Program-made: the position numbers and the translations under genes
The notes under the pieces: model-generated
Told to the model about the DNA's origin: nothing
What the model saw: only the letters and a program-made list of their open reading frames with translations
Database searches by the model: none
Source of the DNA: a virus
Taxonomy: Duplodnaviria > Caudoviricetes
Virus record (IMG/VR): IMGVR_UViG_3300036805_000219
Location: 1 to 25,562 of that record
Strand: one strand, 5' to 3'
Length of the DNA: 25,562 bases
Part shown: positions 7,071 to 14,986 of the stretch, piece by piece
Numbering within the stretch: the stretch's first letter is position 1
How the letters are laid out: each line of letters opens with the position of its first letter

Positions 7071-7752
7071 GGTGGTCCTCCCTGGTGATGCCCTGGCGGG
7101 CGAGGGCGGCTGCCGCGGCGACGGCTGCGCCGCGTGCTGGCCGGCCGCTGGGCGCGAGGACGTCGGCGGCTGGCCGGGCGGACGGGTGGCGTGCGGCATC
7201 GCTGGGTGGTTCGGGTGGCGGTTTGCCGCGTGGGTTGGTGCCGCACTGGCGGCAATTCGGGTGCTGGCCGGCGTGGCCCCCTGCCGCGTCAGCGGCGGGG
7301 GGTTGGGGGGTAGTACGGCCGGGACGGGCCGGGGTCGTGTTAGTCACCGCGTTAGTAACGGCGTTACTGCCGCCGTTATGGGATGCCCTCCACTTCGCCT
7401 GCCGTCTCGCGGTGGCACCCCTGTCCCGTGTGACCTGCGCCTTTGACGGCTGGTACTCCCAGTAGTCGTGGATCACCCACCCGTCACTATCCACAGGGCC
7501 TGGACATTTCTCCGATGGGCACGACTGGCGGGCGCCGTGCCAGACGCCCCGTTTCACGCACTCGGCAGCGAAGCGTGCCGGCGTTCGCACCCGCGCTGTC
7601 ACGCCGTCGAGGTCTTCCCGTGACACGAATCCGTCTGTGAGGTTCCGTGCGCTCCAGAAGATCGCCGAGGTGTGAAGGCGGTATGCAGCATCCGACAGGC
7701 CATCTACCTTGCGGTGAATCGGGAACTGGTCATCGAAGCGAACCCAGGGCAC
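7063..7752 (-). CDS. Phage replication initiation protein (actinophage RepA/O-like)
   Basis: MPWVRFDDQFPIHRKV..LSDAAYRL....W....LTDGFV...GWVIHDYWEYQPS motifs; SNAVTNAVTNT linker encoded by iteron-like repeats. Confidence 0.75.
   Translation of the reverse strand: MPWVRFDDQFPIHRKVDGLSDAAYRLHTSAIFWSARNLTDGFVSREDLDGVTARVRTPARFAAECVKRGVWHGARQSCPSEKCPGPVDSDGWVIHDYWEYQPSKAQVTRDRGATARRQAKWRASHNGGSNAVTNAVTNTTPARPGRTTPQPPAADAAGGHAGQHPNCRQCGTNPRGKPPPEPPSDAARHPSARPAADVLAPSGRPARGAAVAAAAALARQGITREDHHA
7337..7384. repeat. Iteron-like 12-bp-period repeats within the initiator gene (candidate origin)
   Basis: GTGTTAGTCACC/GCGTTAGTAACG/GCGTTACTGCCG/CCGTTATGGGAT; includes the palindrome AGTAACG-G-CGTTACT (7354-7368). 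Confidence 0.55.
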
Positions 7753-7797
7753 TCAATGAGTCCCGTCTCCTCGGTAAACGGATAAAGGGCGGCGCGG

Positions 7798-8088
7798 CTA
7801 CCTGATGTTCAGTAGCTCGCGCTGGATGCGGCCGGAACGAAGGTCGTCCGGCCGCCATACGTCCCAGCTGACCCCGGCCTGGCGGAGCATCCACCCCCAT
7901 CGGTCTTGCTCAGTGGTGGTCTTGCCGTACTCCGACTTCAGTTCGCGCGTCAGGAATCCACGCGAGCCGCAGAGTGCCAGGTCGGGCCATCCGGGTGCTG
8001 ACCGGCGGCTGTTGTAGGTGTGGTAGCAGGCGATGCCGTAGAGCTTGCATATGTCGATCACGGCAGCCTGGAGTCGTTGCTCGTTCAC
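7798..8088 (-). CDS. VRR-NUC domain nuclease, 96 aa
   Basis: NEQRLQAAV...SRRSAPGWPDLAL...RELKSEYGKTTTEQDRW...VWRPDD. Confidence 0.88.
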   Translation of the reverse strand: MNEQRLQAAVIDICKLYGIACYHTYNSRRSAPGWPDLALCGSRGFLTRELKSEYGKTTTEQDRWGWMLRQAGVSWDVWRPDDLRSGRIQRELLNIR

Positions 8089-8762
8089 TCGTCCGTGTCG
8101 GCGGGCGGCAGCCCGAGCCGCGCCCGTTCGGCGGCGTCCCACGTGGCGGCCGTGTCGCCGTCCACGGCATTCAGGAGTTCCCGGAGCCGCTGGCCGCGTT
8201 CCTCGTCGCGGCGGGCGAACCGATCGGTGATGGCACACATGTCCTCGTGGTGCTTGGCGAGGTCTTCCAGGCTGGACAGCGGCCCGTAGGTGTCGCGCGG
8301 CCAGTAGTCGGAGTAGATCTCGTCGAACGCGGCCTGCCGTCCCTCGGCCGCCGCGCGGGCGAGCCGGCGCCCGGCGTCGTCGGTGTCGCGGTCGCGCTCG
8401 TCGGCGTCGCGGGGGTCGTACGGCTCGGCTCCCTCGGGTGCCTCGACAGCCGGAAAGCTGGCCTGAGTGAGCGCGAACCAGGTCTCAAAATCCGTAATGG
8501 CATTACGGATTTGAGCCTCTGTCGGGTAGGTGCGGGCGCACTTCAGGCGCCACTGAATCTCGCGCTCAGCCAGCTTGTAGCCACTCGCCGTGGCGTTGCC
8601 GATCAGGGTGTCGAGCACCCCGTGCTTCAGGTTCCCCTTCAGGGTGGTCGCCTTGCCGTCCACGAGCAGGCGGCGGCCATACTTCCACCGCTCGATGATG
8701 CCCCCGGTGTCGCTGGCGGTGATGTACTTCTCCGCCCGCAGGTACCGCGCGAATCGCGCCAC
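8085..8762 (-). CDS. Hypothetical protein, possibly DNA-binding (DUF3102/DUF1016-N-like), 225 aa
   Basis: RBS GGAGG; W-x-x-G-x-x-L...G...L..REI...L..A..YP pattern; family resemblance is tentative. Confidence 0.65.
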   Translation of the reverse strand: MARFARYLRAEKYITASDTGGIIERWKYGRRLLVDGKATTLKGNLKHGVLDTLIGNATASGYKLAEREIQWRLKCARTYPTEAQIRNAITDFETWFALTQASFPAVEAPEGAEPYDPRDADERDRDTDDAGRRLARAAAEGRQAAFDEIYSDYWPRDTYGPLSSLEDLAKHHEDMCAITDRFARRDEERGQRLRELLNAVDGDTAATWDAAERARLGLPPADTDE

Positions 8763-8843
8763 GTCTTCCTCCAGTTGCTCGGCCGAGTCTTACGTCCTGG
8801 CGCCGGTCCCGAACCGGCGAGCACCCAAACGTGCGCCAGGTCA

Positions 8844-8878
8844 GCGGGAGGGCCCGGCCATCCTCCGGGCCCTCCCGC
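8844..8878. terminator. 14-bp perfect GC-rich hairpin (terminator or processing stem)
   Basis: GCGGGAGGGCCCGG-CCATCCT-CCGGGCCCTCCCGC, intergenic, downstream of the lipoprotein gene; no U-tract. Confidence 0.5.
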
Positions 8879-8928
8879 ACGCCACCTCACGCTGCCCGTG
8901 CGCGCGGCGGCGGCTCGCGGGGGTCAGG

Positions 8929-9501
8929 TCACTTGTTCGCCTTGGTCTTGACACTGAAGGTGGGCGCTCCGGTCACCTTCAGCCGGTGGGTGGTGTAGTC
9001 CCAGACAGCTGGCACAGTGACCGTCTGCACCGGGCCTTCCCAGTAGTTGAGGTACGGCTTGCCCGCCGCGCTCAGGCAGATCACGTAGGTGCCCTCGGAC
9101 GCCGCGGGGGCGTAGATGCCGTAGGGGTCCATCTGCGGCAGGTTCGTCGCCCCGCCGCCCCACCTGCTGGTGATGGGGGCGATCTGCTCGGGGTTGGACA
9201 GCTGCGCGGTGTTGGGGACGGGCACACCGAGCGACGGGCAGGACATGAGCGGGTCGCGGCTGCCCATGTTGAAGAAGAAGGACGTGGTGGGGGTGCCGTT
9301 GGCGGCGATGTCCTGGGCGTCGATCGCGGTCTGCCTGATCTGCGACCAGTTGTAGTGCGGGATCGGCTGGTTGCTGATGAGCGAGGACGTGTCGCTCTGC
9401 TGCGCCGCCTGCTCGCGCTGCTGGGCGCTCTCCGCGTGGGTGCAGCCCGTGGCGAGCAGTGCGGCGAGCGGGACGGCTGCGATGATGAGCTTGCGGTTCA
9501 T
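8929..9501 (-). CDS. Phage lipoprotein, 190 aa
   Basis: MNRKLIIAAVPLAALLATGC lipobox; QPIP..WSQIRQ, CPSLGVPVPNTAQLSNP and QMDPYGIY..SEGTYVIC motifs. Confidence 0.85.
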   Translation of the reverse strand: MNRKLIIAAVPLAALLATGCTHAESAQQREQAAQQSDTSSLISNQPIPHYNWSQIRQTAIDAQDIAANGTPTTSFFFNMGSRDPLMSCPSLGVPVPNTAQLSNPEQIAPITSRWGGGATNLPQMDPYGIYAPAASEGTYVICLSAAGKPYLNYWEGPVQTVTVPAVWDYTTHRLKVTGAPTFSVKTKANK

Positions 9502-9935
9502 GGTGTTCCTGCCTGGTAGTAGGGGCTGGCGGGCCGGACCACGCCGGCCGCGCAGTTGCGGGTGGCCCATTGCGCCTGCTGGGCTGGCAGTGGGTCACCC
9601 GTCACTTCTGAGGCGTCCTGGCAGGCGATGCCCGCGACGGACGCACGCTGTGCCTTCAGCGCCGCGATGAGGCTGCTGTCATGGCTGGCGGCGATCTGGC
9701 TGGTGAGGGTGTCCACGTTGGCGATCTGCGTGGTGATCTGCTCGCGGAGCGTCTGCTGGTTGCTGTAGCCGTTGCGGATCTGGTGGGCCTCGCGGGTGGC
9801 GTTGGCGTTGCTGAACCACCATCCGGCCTGCCAGCCGCCGACGATGATCGCGGCGAGGACAACGAGGGTGAACAGCCCCACCCCGAACCATCGCCAGAAC
9901 TGGCTCATGACGGTACTGGGTGTTACTTCGCTCAC
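9498..9935 (-). CDS. Single-pass membrane protein with helical ectodomain, 145 aa
   Basis: RBS AAGGAG; TM segment FGVGLFTLVVLAAIIVGGW; ATGA-coupled to the lipoprotein gene. Confidence 0.85.
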   Translation of the reverse strand: MSEVTPSTVMSQFWRWFGVGLFTLVVLAAIIVGGWQAGWWFSNANATREAHQIRNGYSNQQTLREQITTQIANVDTLTSQIAASHDSSLIAALKAQRASVAGIACQDASEVTGDPLPAQQAQWATRNCAAGVVRPASPYYQAGTP

Positions 9936-9994
9936 GTGCTCTCCTTCGGTGGCCGGTCTTTCCGGCCGGTCGGTGGGTGGCGGGTCAGGCCGGG

Positions 9995-10175
9995 CTAGGG
10001 CTTCTCACCGTCGCCGTCGTACTTCTCGCCGGTCCTGGGGTCGACCCGGCCGAACGCGGCCCTGATCTCGTCTTCCATGTCCAGGGGCAGCGTGGCGCGG
10101 CCGGTGCGCGACGATGGGTGAGAGCCCGTTGGCGTCGCCTTTGGGGAGCGCGCCGGAGAAGTTCGCGTCTGACAA
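9995..10175 (-). pseudogene. Internally deleted/frameshifted phage gene remnant
   Basis: RBS GGAAGG and TTG 10175 give MSDANFSGALPKGDANGLSPIVA; a different frame gives RTGRATLPLDMEDEIRAAFGRVDPRTGEKYDGDGEKP-stop; 181 nt in total. Confidence 0.55.
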
Positions 10176-10182
10176 GGTGTGG

Positions 10183-10521
10183 CTACCTTCCGGGATTGAT
10201 CTTGAACATGCCGGGCTGTATGGGTGCGGGCCGTGGCCGCCCGCGCTTGCTGCGCTGGGCGGCGGAGTGGCGGGCTTCCGCCTTGCGGAGGTGGGCGCGC
10301 TGGGCGGCGCGCCGGGTGGTGTCGCACTCGTGGACGGAGTACCGCTTCTCGGGCAGCACCGGGTCCTCGCCTCTGCCGAGGAACCGTGCCCGCCACGCCC
10401 CGGACGCCTTGTGCTCGGCGGCGACGGTCCCGGCGGGGTCGGGGCCGTAGTTGAGCGCGGGGACGCCCTTGGCGAGGATGACGCGGACGCCGCAGCCGCA
10501 GGCGGTGAACTCGGTCCTCAC
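10183..10521 (-). CDS. Hypothetical Cys/His (Zn-binding) protein, 112 aa
   Basis: CGCG...PDPAGTV...YSVHEC; GTGA coupling. Confidence 0.7.
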   Translation of the reverse strand: MRTEFTACGCGVRVILAKGVPALNYGPDPAGTVAAEHKASGAWRARFLGRGEDPVLPEKRYSVHECDTTRRAAQRAHLRKAEARHSAAQRSKRGRPRPAPIQPGMFKINPGR

Positions 10522-10742
10522 GCCCGCCTCCGGATCGGGACCACGTTGCCCTGCTCGCGGTCCCGCCGCTCCTTGCGCGAGGCGAGGATGATCTCCACGA
10601 GCCCGGCGACGTCCTTGTGCCGCCGTGCCCGCTGGGCGTAGGCGCGCAGGGCCTTGCGCCGCTGCTCGGCGAACGTGGTGCGCTCGATGTAGGCGAGGGT
10701 GCGCAGGGTGAGCTCGTCGCGCTCGCTGAGGCGGTCAGCCAT
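10518..10742 (-). CDS. Hypothetical protein, 74 aa
   Basis: Basic helical protein ending NVVPIRRRA; coupled overlaps. Confidence 0.7.
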   Translation of the reverse strand: MADRLSERDELTLRTLAYIERTTFAEQRRKALRAYAQRARRHKDVAGLVEIILASRKERRDREQGNVVPIRRRA

Positions 10743-10989
10743 GGCTCACCGCCGCCAGGTCCTGGCACCGCTGGCACCGTGCGATGTGCAGGGACATCCG
10801 CAGGACGGCGCCGTTGGAGGCGTCGGGGCCGAGCCCGCGGTGCGGTGCGGCGAGGCCGCGGGCGGCGCGGGCGATGGGGGCGAGCGTGGCGGACGCCGCC
10901 CGCACGACGGCGGCTTCCGCACCGCAGGGGGCGCGGACGGCGAAGCCGCCGGCGGTGCCGTGGATGCGCAGGGGCAGCTCGGTGCTCAC
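10735..10989 (-). CDS. Hypothetical protein, 84 aa, HxxxCxxC motif
   Basis: GTG 10989 overlaps the upstream stop; ...SLHIARCQRC. Confidence 0.6.
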   Translation of the reverse strand: MSTELPLRIHGTAGGFAVRAPCGAEAAVVRAASATLAPIARAARGLAAPHRGLGPDASNGAVLRMSLHIARCQRCQDLAAVSHG

Positions 10990-11210
10990 ACCGACCCCCT
11001 GAACGCCGTCCGGAACGGGAACGCGGCCCGGCAGTCGCGGTGCTCGGCCAGGGGGTGGACGCCGCCGCAGTTGTCGCACCAGAACCGCTCGTGCTTGAGC
11101 AGCTCGAACAGCCTGCGCCCGCGTTCGGCGTCGCCGGGATAGCGGGTGACGCGGTGGCCTGGGCGCTGCCAGGTGCGGTTGGCGACGCCGCCGGACCACT
11201 GGCCGCTCAT
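10986..11210 (-). CDS. Hypothetical Zn-finger protein, 74 aa
   Basis: WCDNCGGVHPLAEHRDC; ATGA coupling. Confidence 0.65.
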   Translation of the reverse strand: MSGQWSGGVANRTWQRPGHRVTRYPGDAERGRRLFELLKHERFWCDNCGGVHPLAEHRDCRAAFPFRTAFRGSV

Positions 11211-11494
11211 AGCGGCAGCACCCCTCTGCGCTCGGCTACCCGCTCGTACGCCGCCTCGTCGGCCATCAGGCGCATCAGGACGGCGACGGCCACCAGCCGC
11301 GCATGGTCCTCGCCGGAGCCGAGAATCCGGGCGATCCCGCCGGTAAGTCCGGCCGCCAGGGCGCTGGCCTGGTTCCGCTGATGGGGCCGCAGCCGCTTGC
11401 CGAGGTCGACGGGATCGATGATCGTCACTGTGGTGCCGTGCCGGTCGGTGACCTCGACGCGCAGCCGCTGGCTGACCGCGCGAGCGTCAGCCAC
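11207..11494 (-). CDS. Hypothetical protein, 95 aa
   Basis: GTG 11494; MADARAVSQRLRVEVTDRHG...; high GC3. Confidence 0.65.
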   Translation of the reverse strand: MADARAVSQRLRVEVTDRHGTTVTIIDPVDLGKRLRPHQRNQASALAAGLTGGIARILGSGEDHARLVAVAVLMRLMADEAAYERVAERRGVLPL

Positions 11495-11714
11495 GGGACG
11501 CCGCCTCCATGGCCGCGAGCCACTCGATCGCCGCGCGGGCGGTCTCCAGGTACTCGCGGCTGGGGGTCTTGGTGACCTCCTGGCCGGGCCGGTAGACGCG
11601 CCAGATGGCGTCCCGCGTGGGCTTGGGCAGCCGGTACCAGTGCGCCTTGCACATGAACATCTTGGGCGGCACGGGCGTGGTGCAGCCGCGTGCGTGGCAG
11701 GTGTGCTCAGCCAC
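11487..11714 (-). CDS. CCCH Zn-finger phage protein, 75 aa
   Basis: HTCHARGCTTPVPPKMFMCKAHWYRLP...IWRVYRPGQE; RBS GGAGG. Confidence 0.8.
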   Translation of the reverse strand: MAEHTCHARGCTTPVPPKMFMCKAHWYRLPKPTRDAIWRVYRPGQEVTKTPSREYLETARAAIEWLAAMEAASRG

Positions 11715-12039
11715 CGTCCGCCACCTCCCCGTCGACGACGGCCTGCCACCGCTGGATCTGCATCTGCCCGACGCGGCCCCGGTAGCCGTCGCTGCCCTGG
11801 TGGTAGCTGGCGAGCATGTCGCGGGCGAGCCGCTCGAGGGCGGCAGCGCGGGCCTGGTCCTGAGTGGGCGCGTCCTGCCAGGTGTGCAAGACCGTGCCGT
11901 CGATGACGCTCCGGGCGACGTGGCGGGTGTGCGGGCCAGTCTCGGTGCACTCCCAGACGCCCGACCCCTCGGCGGCCGTGACCGCATCGCACCCGGCGGG
12001 GCCGAGCCGGCCGACCTCCCGGACGTACGGGTCACTCAT
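11707..12039 (-). CDS. Hypothetical protein with C-x13-C-x5-H-x2-H module, 110 aa
   Basis: CDAVTAAEGSGVWECTETGPHTRHVA...W. Confidence 0.65.
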   Translation of the reverse strand: MSDPYVREVGRLGPAGCDAVTAAEGSGVWECTETGPHTRHVARSVIDGTVLHTWQDAPTQDQARAAALERLARDMLASYHQGSDGYRGRVGQMQIQRWQAVVDGEVADGG

Positions 12040-12175
12040 CGTCTTCCCCGCAGTCCTCGCAGATCCAGCCACCCTCGCCGTCGGCGCGGATCCGGTCGCC
12101 TTCGCTGATCGGGTCGCCGCACCCGTCGCAGTCGCTGTCGAAGCCAGCGGTGATCCATGGGCCGAGGTCAGCCAT
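12032..12175 (-). CDS. Zn-ribbon microprotein, 47 aa
   Basis: Below the ORF-track cutoff: MADLGPWITAGFDSDCDGCGDPISEGDRIRADGEGGWICEDCGEDDE. Confidence 0.75.
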   Translation of the reverse strand: MADLGPWITAGFDSDCDGCGDPISEGDRIRADGEGGWICEDCGEDDE

Positions 12176-13259
12176 CCTGCCCGTCCTCCTGCTTGGTCAC
12201 CAGCGCCATGAGCCGCACCCGGTCCTTGCACCGCGACAGCGTGTCCGCCACCGCCGACGCCTGCTCCTGGGTCAGCTCCTTGGTGCTGCCCAGGTCGTGC
12301 CCCTCGGGCAGGCCGGCGATCTGGGCGGTGATGACGAGGCGCTCGTCGCGGTCGTGGCCCTCGAAGCCGAGGCGCTTGAAGTGGGACTGGATGATGCCGA
12401 CCTGGCCGCCGGTCGCCAGCGGCTCACCGGGCCCGGAGGAACTCCGCGAACTCGCGGACGGCGGCGAGGTCCCCGGCTGTGGGTGGCCTTGGCCCGCAGA
12501 GGATGACCCCGGCTGGGTAGGGCCCGGCTCGTCCTCACCCGGCAGCGGCGGCAGGCCCTCGCTGGGGGCAGCCTGCGGCGCCGCAGGGGAAGCGGTGGAG
12601 GCCGAGCCGTTCGCAGGCTTGGCAGCGGTAGGGCGCTGGCGGCGCTGGGCTGTGCGGGGCTTCTCTGCGGGCGCATGGTCGTTGCTGGGGGCGGCCGTCT
12701 CGGCGACAGTGCCCTCGTCCGCTTCGCCGTCTTCCAGCTCCTCCGCCGAATATGGCATTCCCATGATCACGTCGGCGAACTTGCGGCGGGCCAGCCGCGA
12801 CGTCGCGCGGGCGTACAGCTTGTCAGCCGGGTACTTGCCGAGGTCGATCCCGGCCTTCTTGGCCTGGTCGGCGGTGAACATCACCTCGGCCCACGTGGAC
12901 TCGCCCTTGCGGCAGGCCCGGATCACGGCGCGGGTGTCGGTGACCTCGACGTCCTCCCACTTGTGCCCCCGGGACTGGATCAGCGCCCGCATCAGCAGGG
13001 CCTTCTGTGTCGGCTTGCCCTTGATGACATCGATGTTGGCCAGGCTGGTCATGATGGACAGGCCCATCTCGCGGCCGGCGAGCATGCAGGCGGCGACGGC
13101 GGGGGCGTTTCCGCGCAGGCCGTCCGGGACGAACGGGGTGTCGAAGATGACGTTGGCGATCTTGATGACGTCCTGGGCGACGGTGATCCATGAGTCGGTG
13201 TCGTGGGCATCCGGCACGGCGACAGCCGCGCTGGGCTGGTAGACGGCTAGGTCGGTCAT
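12168..13259 (-). CDS. RecT/Red-beta-like single-strand annealing protein with long C-terminal extension, 363 aa
   Basis: TPFVPDGLRGNAPAVAACMLAGREMGLSIMTSLANIDVIKGKP...A.LMRALIQSRGH...FT..QAKKAG...KYP..KLYARATSRLAR..FADVIMGMPYSAEEL. Confidence 0.88.
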   Translation of the reverse strand: MTDLAVYQPSAAVAVPDAHDTDSWITVAQDVIKIANVIFDTPFVPDGLRGNAPAVAACMLAGREMGLSIMTSLANIDVIKGKPTQKALLMRALIQSRGHKWEDVEVTDTRAVIRACRKGESTWAEVMFTADQAKKAGIDLGKYPADKLYARATSRLARRKFADVIMGMPYSAEELEDGEADEGTVAETAAPSNDHAPAEKPRTAQRRQRPTAAKPANGSASTASPAAPQAAPSEGLPPLPGEDEPGPTQPGSSSAGQGHPQPGTSPPSASSRSSSGPGEPLATGGQVGIIQSHFKRLGFEGHDRDERLVITAQIAGLPEGHDLGSTKELTQEQASAVADTLSRCKDRVRLMALVTKQEDGQDG

Positions 13260-13456
13260 TCGGGTGATCCCTTCGGCGCATGGTGGTCGCGCCAGTTCAG
13301 AAGTTCGAGGGTGGGCGAGCACAGGACGCGGACCACGGCCGGGTCCACTTCCTCGGTGATGAACGCGGCGAAGCGCTCGGCCTCCGGCCGGCTGGCGAAC
13401 GGGCCGAACACGGTCCCGCTCTCGGTGGCGACGACGACCAGGCGCGGGGCGCTCAC
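13256..13456 (-). CDS. Hypothetical protein, 66 aa
   Basis: VFGPFASRPEAERFA motif; coupled overlaps. Confidence 0.7.
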   Translation of the reverse strand: MSAPRLVVVATESGTVFGPFASRPEAERFAAFITEEVDPAVVRVLCSPTLELLNWRDHHAPKGSPE

Positions 13457-13767
13457 TGGGTCACTTTTCCCATCAGGTCGTGGATCTCGGCGGCGCGGTA
13501 GCCCTCGTCTTCGCAGTGGCCGGAGACGCGCTCGGCTTGGCGCTTCTCAAGGTGGGCTTGCAGTTCGGCTGGGGTGCAGAAGACGAGGTCAGAGACGCCC
13601 TGGCCGTCAAAAGGTGACGGGCAGGAGCAGCCGCTGTCTTCGAGGTAGCCCAGGCGGACGCCCAGGCGGTAGACGGCGGTGATGTCGAACTGGTAGCAGC
13701 CGCTTGACCATTCGATCTCGCCGACGATGGTCAGCCCGAACTTGGGAGGGTCGGAGTAGACGTTCAT
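13453..13767 (-). CDS. Conserved actinophage protein with DSGCSCPSPF motif, 104 aa
   Basis: Y..P.KFGLTIVGEIEWS..CYQFD...DSGCSCPSPF; ATGA coupling. Confidence 0.75.
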   Translation of the reverse strand: MNVYSDPPKFGLTIVGEIEWSSGCYQFDITAVYRLGVRLGYLEDSGCSCPSPFDGQGVSDLVFCTPAELQAHLEKRQAERVSGHCEDEGYRAAEIHDLMGKVTQ

Positions 13768-14570
13768 TCGCCCACGTCCTGCAGCCGGACCTTCCGCACC
13801 GTCTCCGGGTGCGGCAGCGCGTCGCCCTTGAGGTCGCGGCACGCCTCGTCGGCCATCCGGCACTGGTCGATGTAGAGCAGCTGGCGGTGCACCCCGGGCG
13901 TGACGTGCATCGGGTAGACGTCGAACCCGTCGGCCCGCAGCCACACCACCCAGCACTCGTCGACCTCGGGCACCGGCAGCTCCTCGCTGTCCACGCCCGC
14001 GCTGCCGGACAGGCAGAAGTCGGCGTACCGGTACCCGGCGAGCTGGAACGCCACCGACCCCCATGGCCCGGAGGCGTTGGTCTTGTAGTCGCCGAGCACC
14101 CGCACGGTCGTGCCGTCCGGCTTGATCGCGGTGGCGAAGAAGTCGGCCGACCCGGCGTACTTGTGCCGCCTGCTGAACAGCGCCGGCTCGGTCAGGAACG
14201 GCTCGACGTGGTAGCCGTCGAGGAAGCCGACAGCCGACTCGACGTGCCCGCGCAGATGATCCGGGACGCTGACCTCTTCGCCCTTGGACAGCCGCTCGGC
14301 GAGCTGGTGCACGGCGGTGCCGCGCACCGCGGCCCCCTCGAACCGGGCCTTGGTCGCCCCGGCGATCTCCTTCAGCCGCGCGCTGGGCGGCATCCCGGCC
14401 AGCCGGTCCCAGTTATCCACCGCGTGCCCGGCGGTGTAGTCGCAGAAGTATTTCTCGGGTGGCCCGGACAGGCCCTTCATCATCGTGGTGACGCCCTTGA
14501 TCTTCGGGACGCCGTCGAGGGTGTAGGACCAGTAGCTTCCGGACTTGCGGCGGTAGGTGGTGGCGGTCAA
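13764..14570 (-). CDS. PD-(D/E)XK exonuclease (RecE/Cas4-like phage recombination exonuclease), 268 aa
   Basis: GVTT, AAVRGTAVH, YAGSAD, GDYKT and QLAGY motifs; TTG start overlaps the upstream stop; close to the RecT-like gene. Confidence 0.88.
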   Translation of the reverse strand: MTATTYRRKSGSYWSYTLDGVPKIKGVTTMMKGLSGPPEKYFCDYTAGHAVDNWDRLAGMPPSARLKEIAGATKARFEGAAVRGTAVHQLAERLSKGEEVSVPDHLRGHVESAVGFLDGYHVEPFLTEPALFSRRHKYAGSADFFATAIKPDGTTVRVLGDYKTNASGPWGSVAFQLAGYRYADFCLSGSAGVDSEELPVPEVDECWVVWLRADGFDVYPMHVTPGVHRQLLYIDQCRMADEACRDLKGDALPHPETVRKVRLQDVGE

Positions 14571-14986
14571 CTGGTCATCCTCCGCAGCTCTTCGTCGGGG
14601 TCGTCGAGGGGCAGGTGCCCGCCGCACACGTAGGTGCCGTGGCCGACGGGGCGGCCGTCGTGGTCCCACGCGTAGATGCACCCGCACACGTACATGCGCA
14701 TGGTGGTGAGCAGGAGCCGTGGCCCCGGCGGCGGCGGCACAGGGGAGTTGCCTGGCGGTCTGGGGGTGACCGCTGCCGCCGCCGGGGGCTGGTGGCCCGG
14801 CGCGGGCGGGGGGTGTTCCCGCGCCGGGGGCCTGGTGTGGGTGGTGCCGCTGCCGGCGGCCTGTGCCATGGCCTGGTCCTCGTGGCGGACCCGGGCGCGC
14901 CGCAGGACCCGGCCGAGCAGGAGCGCGGCCGGGACCGACGCCGCGCACCAGGCGGCGAAGCCCGCGAGCACGTACAGGGCGGTCAC
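14567..14986 (-). CDS. Hypothetical membrane-anchored protein with C-terminal CxC...CxxH motif, 139 aa
   Basis: N-terminal hydrophobic helix, Pro-rich linker, YVCGC...YVCGGH. Confidence 0.6.
   Translation of the reverse strand: MTALYVLAGFAAWCAASVPAALLLGRVLRRARVRHEDQAMAQAAGSGTTHTRPPAREHPPPAPGHQPPAAAAVTPRPPGNSPVPPPPGPRLLLTTMRMYVCGCIYAWDHDGRPVGHGTYVCGGHLPLDDPDEELRRMTS

Noticed and set aside
8790-8845. Canonical tRNA gene
   Set aside because: Too short; no D or anticodon arm, non-canonical T-loop, no CCA end. Kept only as a tRNA-like structure.
8929-9935. Spanin (Rz/Rz1) pair
   Set aside because: No holin or endolysin nearby, located in the early region, and the lipoprotein is large and globular rather than short and Pro-rich.
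13764-14570. CRISPR-associated Cas4
   Set aside because: No four-Cys Fe-S pattern and no CRISPR context; linkage to RecT favours a recombination exonuclease.
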